Source: an uncultured Acidobacteriota bacterium
GTDB lineage: Bacteria; Acidobacteriota; Thermoanaerobaculia; Gp7-AA8
NCBI GenBank assembly: GCA_963793695.1
Contig: CAWCBB010000025.1
Coordinates: 6,357-70,356, forward strand
Direction of reading: 5' to 3'
Length of the DNA stretch: 64,000 nucleotides
Shown one piece after another: positions 1 through 8,254 of this stretch. Below the pieces are notes generated by a model that saw only the letters and a list, made by a program, of their open reading frames with translations, searched no databases and had not been told where the DNA came from. Position 1 is the stretch's first letter. Each line of letters opens with the position of its first letter. The position numbers were made by a program, and so were the translations under genes.

Positions 1-2628
1 TCAGCTCTTACTCGTGTCTCAATCGCTTCGGCGACCTGGTCGGAGCCTTTTCGAGTCAGGACGTACGTCAGGGGCAGCTCATAGGTAAAAAGAAGTTCTT
101 TGAACTCCGCCTCATTTAAGGTGCCGGTGTTGTACTGCTCGCACGCCCCAGTGAGGTCCACCGCAGCGGCTCTGCGGGCCGTTTCCAATTCCAAATACGC
201 TAGCGTTAGAGCACGGGTCACCGCTGGGGTGTGCTTGCGTCCGACCCCCAGGAGGCCCAGAAAGATTCGACCGGATCGATTGCTGCTCTGACAGTAGTAG
301 AAGGACTCATAGGCTTCCGGTCCCGGTCCGGGAAACTGCCTAGCTCTCCGGAGATAGAGCTGATACACGTGATGATCAATATTTTCGATTGTCGCCGTAG
401 CCGCAATGATCTTCCAGGGCTTAGCGCCAATAGTACGCATCATCTCGAGAACCGCGGTTTCGTAATGCGCGTCGAACGTGCCCAACTCTTGACTAACGAG
501 ATGAAGTTCGTCCTGCACGAGAAGTGACGGTTCGAGGTTCTTGAACGGTCGCCGATGGACCACAACCCCGTCGCAGCCTGGAGGCTGGTCCCCGGCCACA
601 GAATCTGCAGCTCGGCACATCTTCTTGTTCGTTCCCGCGAAGGACGCCCCGTGCCGCTCGCAGTAAAGATCGATTCGACCAAACAAATTCGAGAAGCGGA
701 CGTTTTGGCCGAACAGTGCCAGCTTATCGATTGTCGAGATGATTACCGAAGGCAAGTAGCGGTAAATATCGTCGTCCACGATATAGATCGGAAGAGGACG
801 GCCACGCGTCTCGCACGAGCCGTTGCGGCAGAAATGCTCAATGACACGCACTTCGGCCTCGTAACGAAGCGAGACAGACTGCTCTCTGCAGAATGGGCAC
901 AAATAGACTCGTTGAAGATTCGGATCAACGCCACTTTCTTGAAGCTGACGATGGAGATTGTCGTCGATCTTGTTTGGCGTGACGCTTTTTCCAACGAAAT
1001 ATCCAAGCGAGAACGGCTTTCCGGCAATACGGCGATCAAGCCTGATTCGTTCCGCGGATGCGAGAAGGTTGGCCAGACGCTGAAGTTGTTGGAACGTCAA
1101 AAGACGCAGAGGAAAGCGAATGACCGCCGAGACGCCAAAGTCCTTCTCCCTGAGACGGTCAAAGAACAGCTGCCAGACAATTACACCGAAGAATGCCTCA
1201 CTCTTGCCTCCCCCTGCAGCAAACCAGAGAACGTCCACGACATCGTTCTCGTCTTCGCCCTCCAGCAGGTCTGGGAACTGAACCGCTGCAAGACCCGGCA
1301 ACGCAGACACGATAAAAACGATTTGAAAGAGGCGCCACGTCGCGTATCGGCTGTCCAATCGCACCATAGCTTCGTTCATGAAACGGAAGGCGTCTGCTAC
1401 CCACGGTTTTGAAGTGTCGTTAAGAAGCACAACACCTTTCTCAAAGCGATTCAGTTCTTGCTGAAAAGACAGCCGATCGCGTTCAGCTTCCTCCCGCTCA
1501 GTACCACTCAGCGAAGCGATTTTCGCTAGCCATACCGAGTCGTATTCTCTCATCGCATCGGCGATCACGCGAAGGCCAGACAAGTCGCCTCTCGCGAGAT
1601 TGGAGAAATTGACAGGATCGTCTCCGATGTCACGCGGCATGAGACGCGGAGTTGAACATTGAGGAACGGGGTCGAACGACACGCTTCGAACACCGTCAGC
1701 GACGTTTGACGTCACCGCACCATTTACTCCGACACCGTCGAGCGTTCTGTCGTAGCGGTAGCTGTTAGGCAGCTCGTCAAACAGTTGGGGAACAAACGCA
1801 TTGTCTGGAACATCGACGGCGAGAGACACGCCGTACAGATTCGCGTCGACAAAGTCCATGCTCTGCGCCGCCACGGGCTCAGACCGGTTGATCAGGTAGA
1901 CGGAAAGGCGAGAAGCATCCCCTCCCCTAAGCCTCGAAAGGCGTACGTCAACCTCGGGAGCCCAAAGGGGAGGCACTCTAGGTTCGGCGAACTGTCGCAG
2001 GGCGGCTTCGAAGTGCTCAGCGGATTGCAGGTCCGCCTCTGTGACGAACAACTGCTGCCGACCCGGGTATGCTCCACCTATATCCGGATGAGTTCTTAGT
2101 AACTCCCGCAATTCGCGGGTCGAGAGATCTTCGGATTCGACCTCTTGAAAGAAGCTCGTCTCCCGGGAGATCGAGCGTCAAGGGGAATGGCCCTTCCCTC
2201 GTCCATACGGCCGCCAGTGGAGACCTCCCAGGAGCTTCGGGGACTCCGCCTGTCTCGAGGATACTCCACGGTGTTATAGATTTCTGCTGCGTGAACGAGG
2301 GCAGTCGCCTCACGAAAAGGTACAACGATAGACGTACGCGAAGCGGCGATATCGCTGCGAGTGCACCGTTTCGAACCAGGAATTCGACCCCACATGTTGA
2401 TTGCTCGTAGGGGCTATCGTTAGGGAGCTCCTCCCGTTCTGCATCCTCCTCGTCTTCTCCGGCCCTCGATCTAGCAGGAGTAAGGAAGCCTCCAAGAATC
2501 TGATCCGAGGGACGCATGCCGGGAATTAGCAGGGAATCGTCATCCACACCTATGGCGCGGGCCGCTATTCGGTCGGCGAGAACCGCAGCGAACCCGTTGT
2601 AGGCAGCATCAGACAGCATGGTTGTCAC
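1..2628 (-). CDS. DrmA-like SF2 DExH defence helicase. The 3' part lies outside the window and there is one frame break near 2150-2180.
   Basis: Own minus-strand translation. GTG start at 2628 with GGAGG 4 nt upstream: MTTMLSDAAYNGF... After a frame break the sequence continues ...ELRELLRTHPDIGGAYPGRQQLF...ATWRLFQIVFIVSALPG. Motif I WFAAGGGKSEAF (~1226-1191), Cys-rich insert CPFC/CRNGSC (~898-814), STIDKLA, motif II LLVQDELHLVS (~524-492), motif III IIAATATIEN (~410-382). The ORF stays open to position 1, so it is missing from the ORF track. Confidence 0.8.
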
Positions 2629-4793
2629 TCGGCCTCCGCACCGATTACCTCTTCAACTATTTGTATAGTGGCGCCAGCGAGGAGTACGCGAGGATCGAAT
2701 CCCCAGCTTCTCTCAACACGTTTCAGAGTTGCCACGTCCAACCTGTCTACTTGGGCAAGTCGAAGCACCCGGGCGAGAGCACGACCGAGTATTCTGTGGG
2801 CGGAACGAAGTCTCGCGATTGACCGGTATGAATCCTTTAGGTATTCGTCCGGAAGCGTAATCCCGATCGAATGCGCGAACGAAACAAAGCGAGCCTCGCT
2901 CATTGGAACGGCCGGCTGCGGGTTCTTAGGAGCCGGAACCCATGTCCGGATAGTTGCCTGATCAGTAGGAGTGCCGTTTTCCTTCATTGAAGACGCGATC
3001 CTCTTGATAGGCATTCGGCGCGAGCCTGCTACGGCGTCAACAAGGGTCAGCCACTCTGCTCGCTTCTCTGCGAGCGGCCGTAGAGCTTCGTCATCTAACC
3101 GATCCAGTAGTTCATCTGAAAGAGCGGAGTGCTGCGACCTGACCAAAATGACCACTTCGTCGCCAGCCTTTAGCTCTGCAGCTCGCACGGTCTTCATCCA
3201 GCGACCCATAGGCCCAATAGTGTCGAATCGTGAGTTTTCGGGCACCTCCAGGTCCGTGCCGTCCGAAAGGAGGAGTCTGACCAAACCAGGAGATGGTGGC
3301 CGCAGAGCTTCGCTCGAATGTTCATTACCAGGCATCAACAGATCGACAACCACTCCGGCCGTCGTACCGGGGCCACGCAAGACTGTTTCGAGCTGCGTCA
3401 AGAAGCGGTCCGCTACTTGAGTAATGGCAGCATAAGGGTTGAACGTATTCTTGACGCGAATCCAGTCAAAGTAGGCCGCTCTGACTTCAATCGGGTCCAA
3501 TATGAGGATGGCTGAACGCACGCCGGCGTACAGGAGAACGTCAAGGCAGTCTCGACCGAAATAGCCAACGGTGACTCCCACGTCCGCCGCTTTCTCGAAC
3601 CTCGCGTATGGATGGCCTACCTGGACACCGAGCTCACTAAGTTCGGCTGCGCTTATTTCGAGACGCGTCGCCAGCGCTTCTTGCACAGCCAGCGCTGCTT
3701 GCCAATTCCTCGTGACTATATTGATGCCCGAAGTACCCCTTGCTTCTGATACCAACTCCAGGGTGTTTTCCAAGCGAGAATTTCTCGCGCTACGCGTGCT
3801 GTGCTCTTTCAGAAGTAGTACTAACGGACGGAATGCGTCCGCTGTCGCCCGATCGTTCAACTGTTCCGTCTCGACTGCAGCGGTGAACCGTTCCACTTCG
3901 CGGACGTGTTCATCGGCTACAGACTGTTGTATTGCCCACCAGGCTCCCTGCCCAATCGACCACAGTCTGCCACCCTTTTCGCGAGCCACTTCGCTTGCAT
4001 AGTCAAACTCGCGTTCGACGAGCATCCGATCCGGGTTAACTTCCCGAACGTTGCATTCGAGATCCATAACCGGCTGGGTACTCACGAACAACTCATGGCC
4101 GTATTCGCCGAGCGAAAACCATAGGAAGTCAGAAGGTGAAGAAATGAATACGAGTGTTCCCGCCCTGCCCTGGCGCGCCCTCAAAATGGCATGTACAGAA
4201 TCTCGCAAGCGCCGACTTCGCCTCCTCTGGAGATCGATGACCATCAGGTCAATCGAAGCGAAACGCGCACTAGCGGCTTCAGAGAGACCAAGAACCGACG
4301 GGGCGATCACCTGCGGACGATCAGCGTTCCTTGGCACCATCTTACCGATTACGGCTCGGTGGCCACGTCGCAGGAGTCCTTCGCGATTGATCACGTCGAG
4401 ACTCAGGAACGAGTCGCCGGGGAGATCGTAATCTTCGATCCTCTGTGTGTTGCATCGCTCCCAGTCGAACACGCACAAGCTTGTCGAAGAGCCTATGCCG
4501 CCAGAGAAGAGTTTCGTTCTCGCACGCCTTCGAGCGTCAGCTGCATATGAAGCGCGGTAGCGTTTTGACTTCAGGATGGTTTCAACGTCCGGAGAGAACG
4601 GAGCCAACCCGAACACTGCGTTGAGAGGGAGCTCAGGCAGCTCACCCGGAAACCTCAGGTGAATGTCAAAGGGAAGGAGGACTGCTTCCCGATGCACTTG
4701 CCACGGGTGCAGAACCACGAAGGGCGCATTCGTAGTGAGCGAGCGCCTCGCAAGCGGGAGGAGTGTTTCTGAGCTCCAAGCTCCCTCGGCCAA
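2625..4793 (-). CDS. 722-aa protein of unknown function, DrmE-like by position and size (inference)
   Basis: Intact 722-aa ORF in the track with a TTG start at 4793. Its stop overlaps the helicase GTG start (GTGA at 2625-2628), so the two genes are translationally coupled. By eye it has no Walker A, nuclease or methylase motif. It shares the low G+C of the helicase gene. Confidence 0.75.
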   Translation of the reverse strand: MAEGAWSSETLLPLARRSLTTNAPFVVLHPWQVHREAVLLPFDIHLRFPGELPELPLNAVFGLAPFSPDVETILKSKRYRASYAADARRRARTKLFSGGIGSSTSLCVFDWERCNTQRIEDYDLPGDSFLSLDVINREGLLRRGHRAVIGKMVPRNADRPQVIAPSVLGLSEAASARFASIDLMVIDLQRRRSRRLRDSVHAILRARQGRAGTLVFISSPSDFLWFSLGEYGHELFVSTQPVMDLECNVREVNPDRMLVEREFDYASEVAREKGGRLWSIGQGAWWAIQQSVADEHVREVERFTAAVETEQLNDRATADAFRPLVLLLKEHSTRSARNSRLENTLELVSEARGTSGINIVTRNWQAALAVQEALATRLEISAAELSELGVQVGHPYARFEKAADVGVTVGYFGRDCLDVLLYAGVRSAILILDPIEVRAAYFDWIRVKNTFNPYAAITQVADRFLTQLETVLRGPGTTAGVVVDLLMPGNEHSSEALRPPSPGLVRLLLSDGTDLEVPENSRFDTIGPMGRWMKTVRAAELKAGDEVVILVRSQHSALSDELLDRLDDEALRPLAEKRAEWLTLVDAVAGSRRMPIKRIASSMKENGTPTDQATIRTWVPAPKNPQPAVPMSEARFVSFAHSIGITLPDEYLKDSYRSIARLRSAHRILGRALARVLRLAQVDRLDVATLKRVERSWGFDPRVLLAGATIQIVEEVIGAEAE

Positions 4794-4940
4794 AACGGAC
4801 CATCTTTCCGAATTTGCTGGCCCGGAATGTTAGCACGATGGGGAGGTGAGACCCGTACACAGGACGCTACGCCCGCTCATCAAGACTTGCGAAGTATCTC
4901 TGGCAGGGCTGATGTCGCTGCCTCAGGGCTTCACGGTTAC

Positions 4941-5108
4941 TTATGCGTGGCCTCGTGGTTCAGCTTTGAAGAGTTCAAACTGCCGATCAAACTCTTCGCC
5001 TTCTAGCTCTGGGTGATCATAGTAGAACTCCATGGCTTCGACCTCTTCTCTTGAGAGGAAGTGTGCAGCCAGAGTTAAACAGAAGTCCTTCTCAGACATC
5101 TCATCCAT
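4941..5108 (-). CDS. Small acidic hypothetical protein (55 aa), below the ORF-track size cutoff
   Basis: Own translation: MDEMSEKDFCLTLAAHFLSREEVEAMEFYYDHPELEGEEFDRQFELFKAEPRGHA, stop at 4941-4943, GAGGA just upstream. It looks more protein-like than the Ser-rich N-terminal part of the overlapping plus ORF 5032-5688. It is on the same strand as the DrmE-like gene and directly upstream of it. Confidence 0.4.
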   Translation of the reverse strand: MDEMSEKDFCLTLAAHFLSREEVEAMEFYYDHPELEGEEFDRQFELFKAEPRGHA

Positions 5109-5235
5109 TTCCTCGCGTGTAAGACACAGTTTTCCCGACTGCTTATATGACTTGTTCGTAGTGGGCCTCCCTTACGTCTCAACGTCAACACCACGTCGAA
5201 AGAGATATTCAAGCGGAATTTCACAGGCGGTCAAT

Positions 5236-5688
5236 ATGTTGACTATCGTCATGCGCAAGTTTCATCGGAAGCCATACAAGAAGTGGTTCAACGTTCCTGT
5301 TGTATACAAGGCGCTGTTCGGCGCCAAGAAAATGAAGATGCAGTACGCCTTCAACATGCTGGCGCACCAGTACCAGCTTTACCAGCCGTACAACCCCAAG
5401 GCGCCGTTCCTTCTCTTCTACTCTAGGTGGGAGAATCACATTTCCTTCCGCCTAGCTACGTACGCCCAGTTCACTCTCTACAACGGGCGAAATGGCTGGC
5501 GCCTCGCCACGCCAGTTCCAATTCCCTCTCAGGCAGACATTGAATTGATGAAAGAGATGTTTGTCCCCCTTTATGAAATCCTCTCAAACCCCTATACGTA
5601 CACTGGGCCCGCGAACTGTGACTGCGCCCAGAACGCGCTCGCGATGAGCCTTCTTGCCCAGTACGTTGAGTTCCCGGAGGTTAGTTAG
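5236..5688 (+). CDS. Hypothetical soluble protein (~150 aa; the track ORF extends to 5032)
   Basis: Track ORF 5032-5688. The region from M at 5236 (MLTIVMRKFHRKPYKKWFNVPVVYKALFG...) looks like real protein, whereas the upstream 68 codons are low-complexity and overlap the minus-strand small ORF. No family recognised. Confidence 0.5.
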   Translation: MLTIVMRKFHRKPYKKWFNVPVVYKALFGAKKMKMQYAFNMLAHQYQLYQPYNPKAPFLLFYSRWENHISFRLATYAQFTLYNGRNGWRLATPVPIPSQADIELMKEMFVPLYEILSNPYTYTGPANCDCAQNALAMSLLAQYVEFPEVS

Positions 5689-5918
5689 TGTCGACAACGC
5701 AAGTCACACGGGCAGTCGGAATTGCCAGCACGCTATTCGGGTGGAAGGTCTTGTTCTTCGGCCTCCTCTTCTTCCTCTACTACACCCTCATGAGCTTCCA
5801 CCTCATCTGGGCGGTGCTCTCGGGAGCAGTTCTCTGGCTAGGAGGTAGGCAGCTTTGGGCTGAGACCCGAGAACACTATCGGGCTATCAGTAGTAGGGGT
5901 AAGGGAAGAATTCGTTAA
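5688..5918 (+). CDS. Small 2-TM membrane protein (76 aa)
   Basis: The GTG start overlaps the upstream stop by 1 nt (TAGTG). There are two hydrophobic stretches: GIASTLFGWKVLFFGLLFFLYYTLM and LIWAVLSGAVLWLGG. The C-terminal tail is basic. Confidence 0.55.
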   Translation: MSTTQVTRAVGIASTLFGWKVLFFGLLFFLYYTLMSFHLIWAVLSGAVLWLGGRQLWAETREHYRAISSRGKGRIR

Positions 5919-6685
5919 GTTCTTTGCCGGGCGTAGCGCTGAAAGACTGCGTATGCCCGCGCTGTGAAATCATCAATGCGTTTATCGATCTGGGCGATCC
6001 GAAATCGTTCTGGAAACATCAACTCAATCACTTTCAACGTGCCAATCGCGACTTCGCACGAGGTTTTTAGAGTAACCACGACTCCGGTCGTCTCTGGATG
6101 AAGAACGCCAACCGTCGTCACGATCTCTTTCTCGTCCTCTTTCTGAATCGCAGAAGATAAAAGGCCTTGCTGATTGGGATGGGCACCGAAATCGATCACG
6201 CGCTCGTACAACAGATGAAGCTTGGGCTCGTTTAGGCGATCGACGGAGCGGTGCGTCGCTCGTACGTTCGTAATCGTAAACTCCGACTTGCATTTGCCCT
6301 TGGCGGTTTCATCATCGTTGCGGTTCAGCCAGATTACGGCTCGTTCGCTCGGGTTCGGGTCTTTGGCCATATGAAGTGCGTACCACGCTTGCTCGATTGC
6401 GAGCCGCAGAACGGCGTGCGCTTCGGGCAACTGGCCGCTCATCGCCAGACGCCACGCTCCGAGAATTGACGCATAAACGCGAACAACGAGGAACCGAGGA
6501 ATCAGAAGCACGTCACGGTTGTCGTGCTCCAACGCACTCTGCACGTCGAGGAATAGCTGATTTAGATTGCGAAGCAGGTCAAAGAAATCGGGAAGGTTGA
6601 CCGCCGCGACTCTCACGTTGCGAGCAGCGTCACGAAAGAACTGCGAGAGCGGATCGGAATCCCACGGCGGCACGTCATCAGGCAT
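5915..6685 (-). CDS. Hypothetical protein (256 aa), family not recognised
   Basis: Intact ORF with ATG at 6685 preceded by GGAGG (ctggaggctcgaATG). It is predicted helical. Its stop overlaps the stop of the convergent 2-TM gene (TTAA at 5915-5918). Confidence 0.7.
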   Translation of the reverse strand: MPDDVPPWDSDPLSQFFRDAARNVRVAAVNLPDFFDLLRNLNQLFLDVQSALEHDNRDVLLIPRFLVVRVYASILGAWRLAMSGQLPEAHAVLRLAIEQAWYALHMAKDPNPSERAVIWLNRNDDETAKGKCKSEFTITNVRATHRSVDRLNEPKLHLLYERVIDFGAHPNQQGLLSSAIQKEDEKEIVTTVGVLHPETTGVVVTLKTSCEVAIGTLKVIELMFPERFRIAQIDKRIDDFTARAYAVFQRYARQRT

Positions 6686-6742
6686 TCGAGCCTCCAGCTA
6701 ACAACCAAGTATCATTGGATTGCGTTACTGTGGAGGTCGAAA

Positions 6743-7282
6743 ATGGGAATTCGGCTTGTCCCGTCACGAATCGGAATAGCCCTCGCTCTTGCCGCCCTCC
6801 CCGGTCTGGCGCACCACATACCGGATGCGAAGCTCGAAGTTGCCGTTCACCGAGTGGAGTCAGGGGTAACTCAAAAGCCCGTCCATATCCTCCGACTGAC
6901 CTGCACCGGCGATCAGTGCCGCCTCACTTCCATTACGCTGAACGACTGCATGTATCCGAATCCTCGCTCGTTCGTACCGTGGCTGGAAATCACTTCGACG
7001 GCGGAAGGCACATTGGCCGTGACACGGGAGAAAAACACCCTCATCGCGGTCGAAACTGGCTCTGACATCGGCGGCAACTTCGTCACGACCCATCGATTTA
7101 CCTATTCGCCTGCCGCTTCTCAGCACCCCATTTCCGAGGTTACTGCCTATTCCGGCGCAACCGTCAAGAACTCCGCGTTGTTGGAGCAGATGCTAGCCTT
7201 TGAATTCAAGCCGCTGGTGGGAATGACGACGATCCCTTTGCAGTGTCCTGTCCGGGTCTTCGGGGTCACGCCGCCAGAGTAA
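6743..7282 (+). CDS. Secreted/periplasmic hypothetical protein (179 aa)
   Basis: ATG at 6743 with GGAGG 7 nt upstream. The N-terminus has a signal-peptide-like segment (RIGIALALAALPGLAHH). The mature part looks beta-rich and has 4 Cys. It lies divergent from the 256-aa gene across a 57-bp gap. Confidence 0.7.
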   Translation: MGIRLVPSRIGIALALAALPGLAHHIPDAKLEVAVHRVESGVTQKPVHILRLTCTGDQCRLTSITLNDCMYPNPRSFVPWLEITSTAEGTLAVTREKNTLIAVETGSDIGGNFVTTHRFTYSPAASQHPISEVTAYSGATVKNSALLEQMLAFEFKPLVGMTTIPLQCPVRVFGVTPPE

Positions 7283-7307
7283 CGACGTGGAGCACGTTCG
7301 CCACCGT

Positions 7308-7862
7308 TCAGATTTTCGCGCCTTTTGATCTATTGCATCGTTCGCACAGAAGTTGGACGTTGCGCTCTGTACTGCTTCCACCCCGGGCGATTGGGATGAT
7401 GTGGTCGAACTCCAACGATTCATTGGACCCACATAATACGCACTTGCCAAGGTCTCTCCGCCAAACGGCGTGTCGGACGGACTCAGGTATCGCTGCACGC
7501 TCGCGAATGGCTGCTGTGGTAGCTCCTCGGCCCAGAGCGGACGATTCCCATTCCCGCGAGGCAGCCTCTTCCCGGCGCTGTTTCTGCGCTTGGATTTCTA
7601 CCGCACGTTTGACGGCAGCGATCACTTCGTTCTGGTCAGATTCTGAAGAGAGAACACTGACCGCCGTATCCCTGAAAACCCAGAACGTGGTGTTTCGAAT
7701 GCTGTATATGAGGGGAACACGCTCCACGGTCACAACGTCGGCGTGAGTGAACTCAAAGCCGTTCGGGCGAACCGGAATGGAGAACAGGTCCTCCTCAAGT
7801 TTCAGGACCCTTCCTAGAACGCGGATCTGGAGATCTCGTGTCACGGCAATCCTCTGGCTCAC
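7308..7862 (-). CDS. HNH endonuclease with an uncharacterised ~110-aa N-terminal domain
   Basis: The C-terminus is CVLCGSNESLEFDHIIPIARGGSSTERNVQLLCERCNRSKG, a classic HNH (CxxC...H...N...CxxC) motif. The N-terminal part is not recognisable. GTG start at 7862. Confidence 0.8.
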   Translation of the reverse strand: MSQRIAVTRDLQIRVLGRVLKLEEDLFSIPVRPNGFEFTHADVVTVERVPLIYSIRNTTFWVFRDTAVSVLSSESDQNEVIAAVKRAVEIQAQKQRREEAASREWESSALGRGATTAAIRERAAIPESVRHAVWRRDLGKCVLCGSNESLEFDHIIPIARGGSSTERNVQLLCERCNRSKGAKI

Positions 7863-7919
7863 GGCTGCGGCCAGTAGCGACCTTCTGGCCTCTTGGGACG
7901 CCCGACGACAGAAGAGATT

Positions 7920-7995
7920 TGGTGGCCCCTGTCCGGGTCGAACGGACGGCCTTCTCGGTGTAAGCGAGACGCTCTAACCACTGAGCTAAGGGGCC
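7920..7995 (-). tRNA. tRNA-Val (anticodon TAC), CCA encoded
   Basis: Hand-folded cloverleaf. Acceptor ggcccct/aggggcc, D stem gctc/gagc, anticodon stem tctcg/cgaga with loop cTTACac, T arm gtccg-ttcgacc-cggac, then a-cca. Length 76 nt. Confidence 0.93.
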
Positions 7996-8131
7996 CGAAG
8001 GCATTTTACGGGACCGAAATGAGTCCGTGTAGACACTTTTGTAGACACCTGCCTGAATTCGACAGCCTTTTCTATCTGGTCGTCTCCAGCAGGCACAATC
8101 ACTTCGTTTGGATCTGCCCAACCCCTGAGCT

Positions 8132-8173
8132 TGTCCGTGTAAGGCAGATGCTCTACCGCTGAGCTAACCCCGC
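8132..8173 (-). pseudogene. Truncated tRNA-like 5' half (Val-like anticodon loop cttacac); no T arm or 3' acceptor strand found
   Basis: The reverse complement reads gcggggt-ta-gctc-agcggta-gagc-a-tctgc-cttacac-ggaca. The acceptor 5' strand and D arm are canonical. The anticodon stem pairs poorly, and the downstream sequence (agctcaggggttgggcagatcc) has no GTTCGA-type T loop or accccgc acceptor strand. It sits exactly at the G+C change-point. Confidence 0.5.
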
Positions 8174-8254
8174 GTTCCTGATGGGCAGTATGGCGAACGC
8201 GGTGGTGGGCGACAAGCTTCCCGTGCATGGCCACACCGCTCCGGGCGCGCGGGG

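Larger units (their letters stand above)
1..8175. mobile_element. Right-hand part of a low-G+C genomic island with defence-type cargo. The left end is outside the window and no integrase is seen in the window.
   Basis: Composition changes abruptly. My spot counts of single 60-nt lines give ~47% G+C at 5221-5280 and ~70% at 9901-9960. The change-point coincides with tRNA-Val (7920-7995) and a truncated tRNA-like 5' half (8132-8173). Cargo is a helicase, an HNH nuclease and small unknown genes. Confidence 0.6.

Noticed and set aside
555-1412. 285-aa plus-strand ORF
   Set aside because: It is antisense to the helicase frame, which carries Walker A, DExH and motif III. It has no motifs of its own.
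8097-8173. A second complete tRNA gene next to tRNA-Val
   Set aside because: Only the acceptor 5' strand, D arm and anticodon loop are present. I could not find a T arm or a complementary 3' acceptor strand by hand folding, so it is reported only as a remnant pending tRNAscan.
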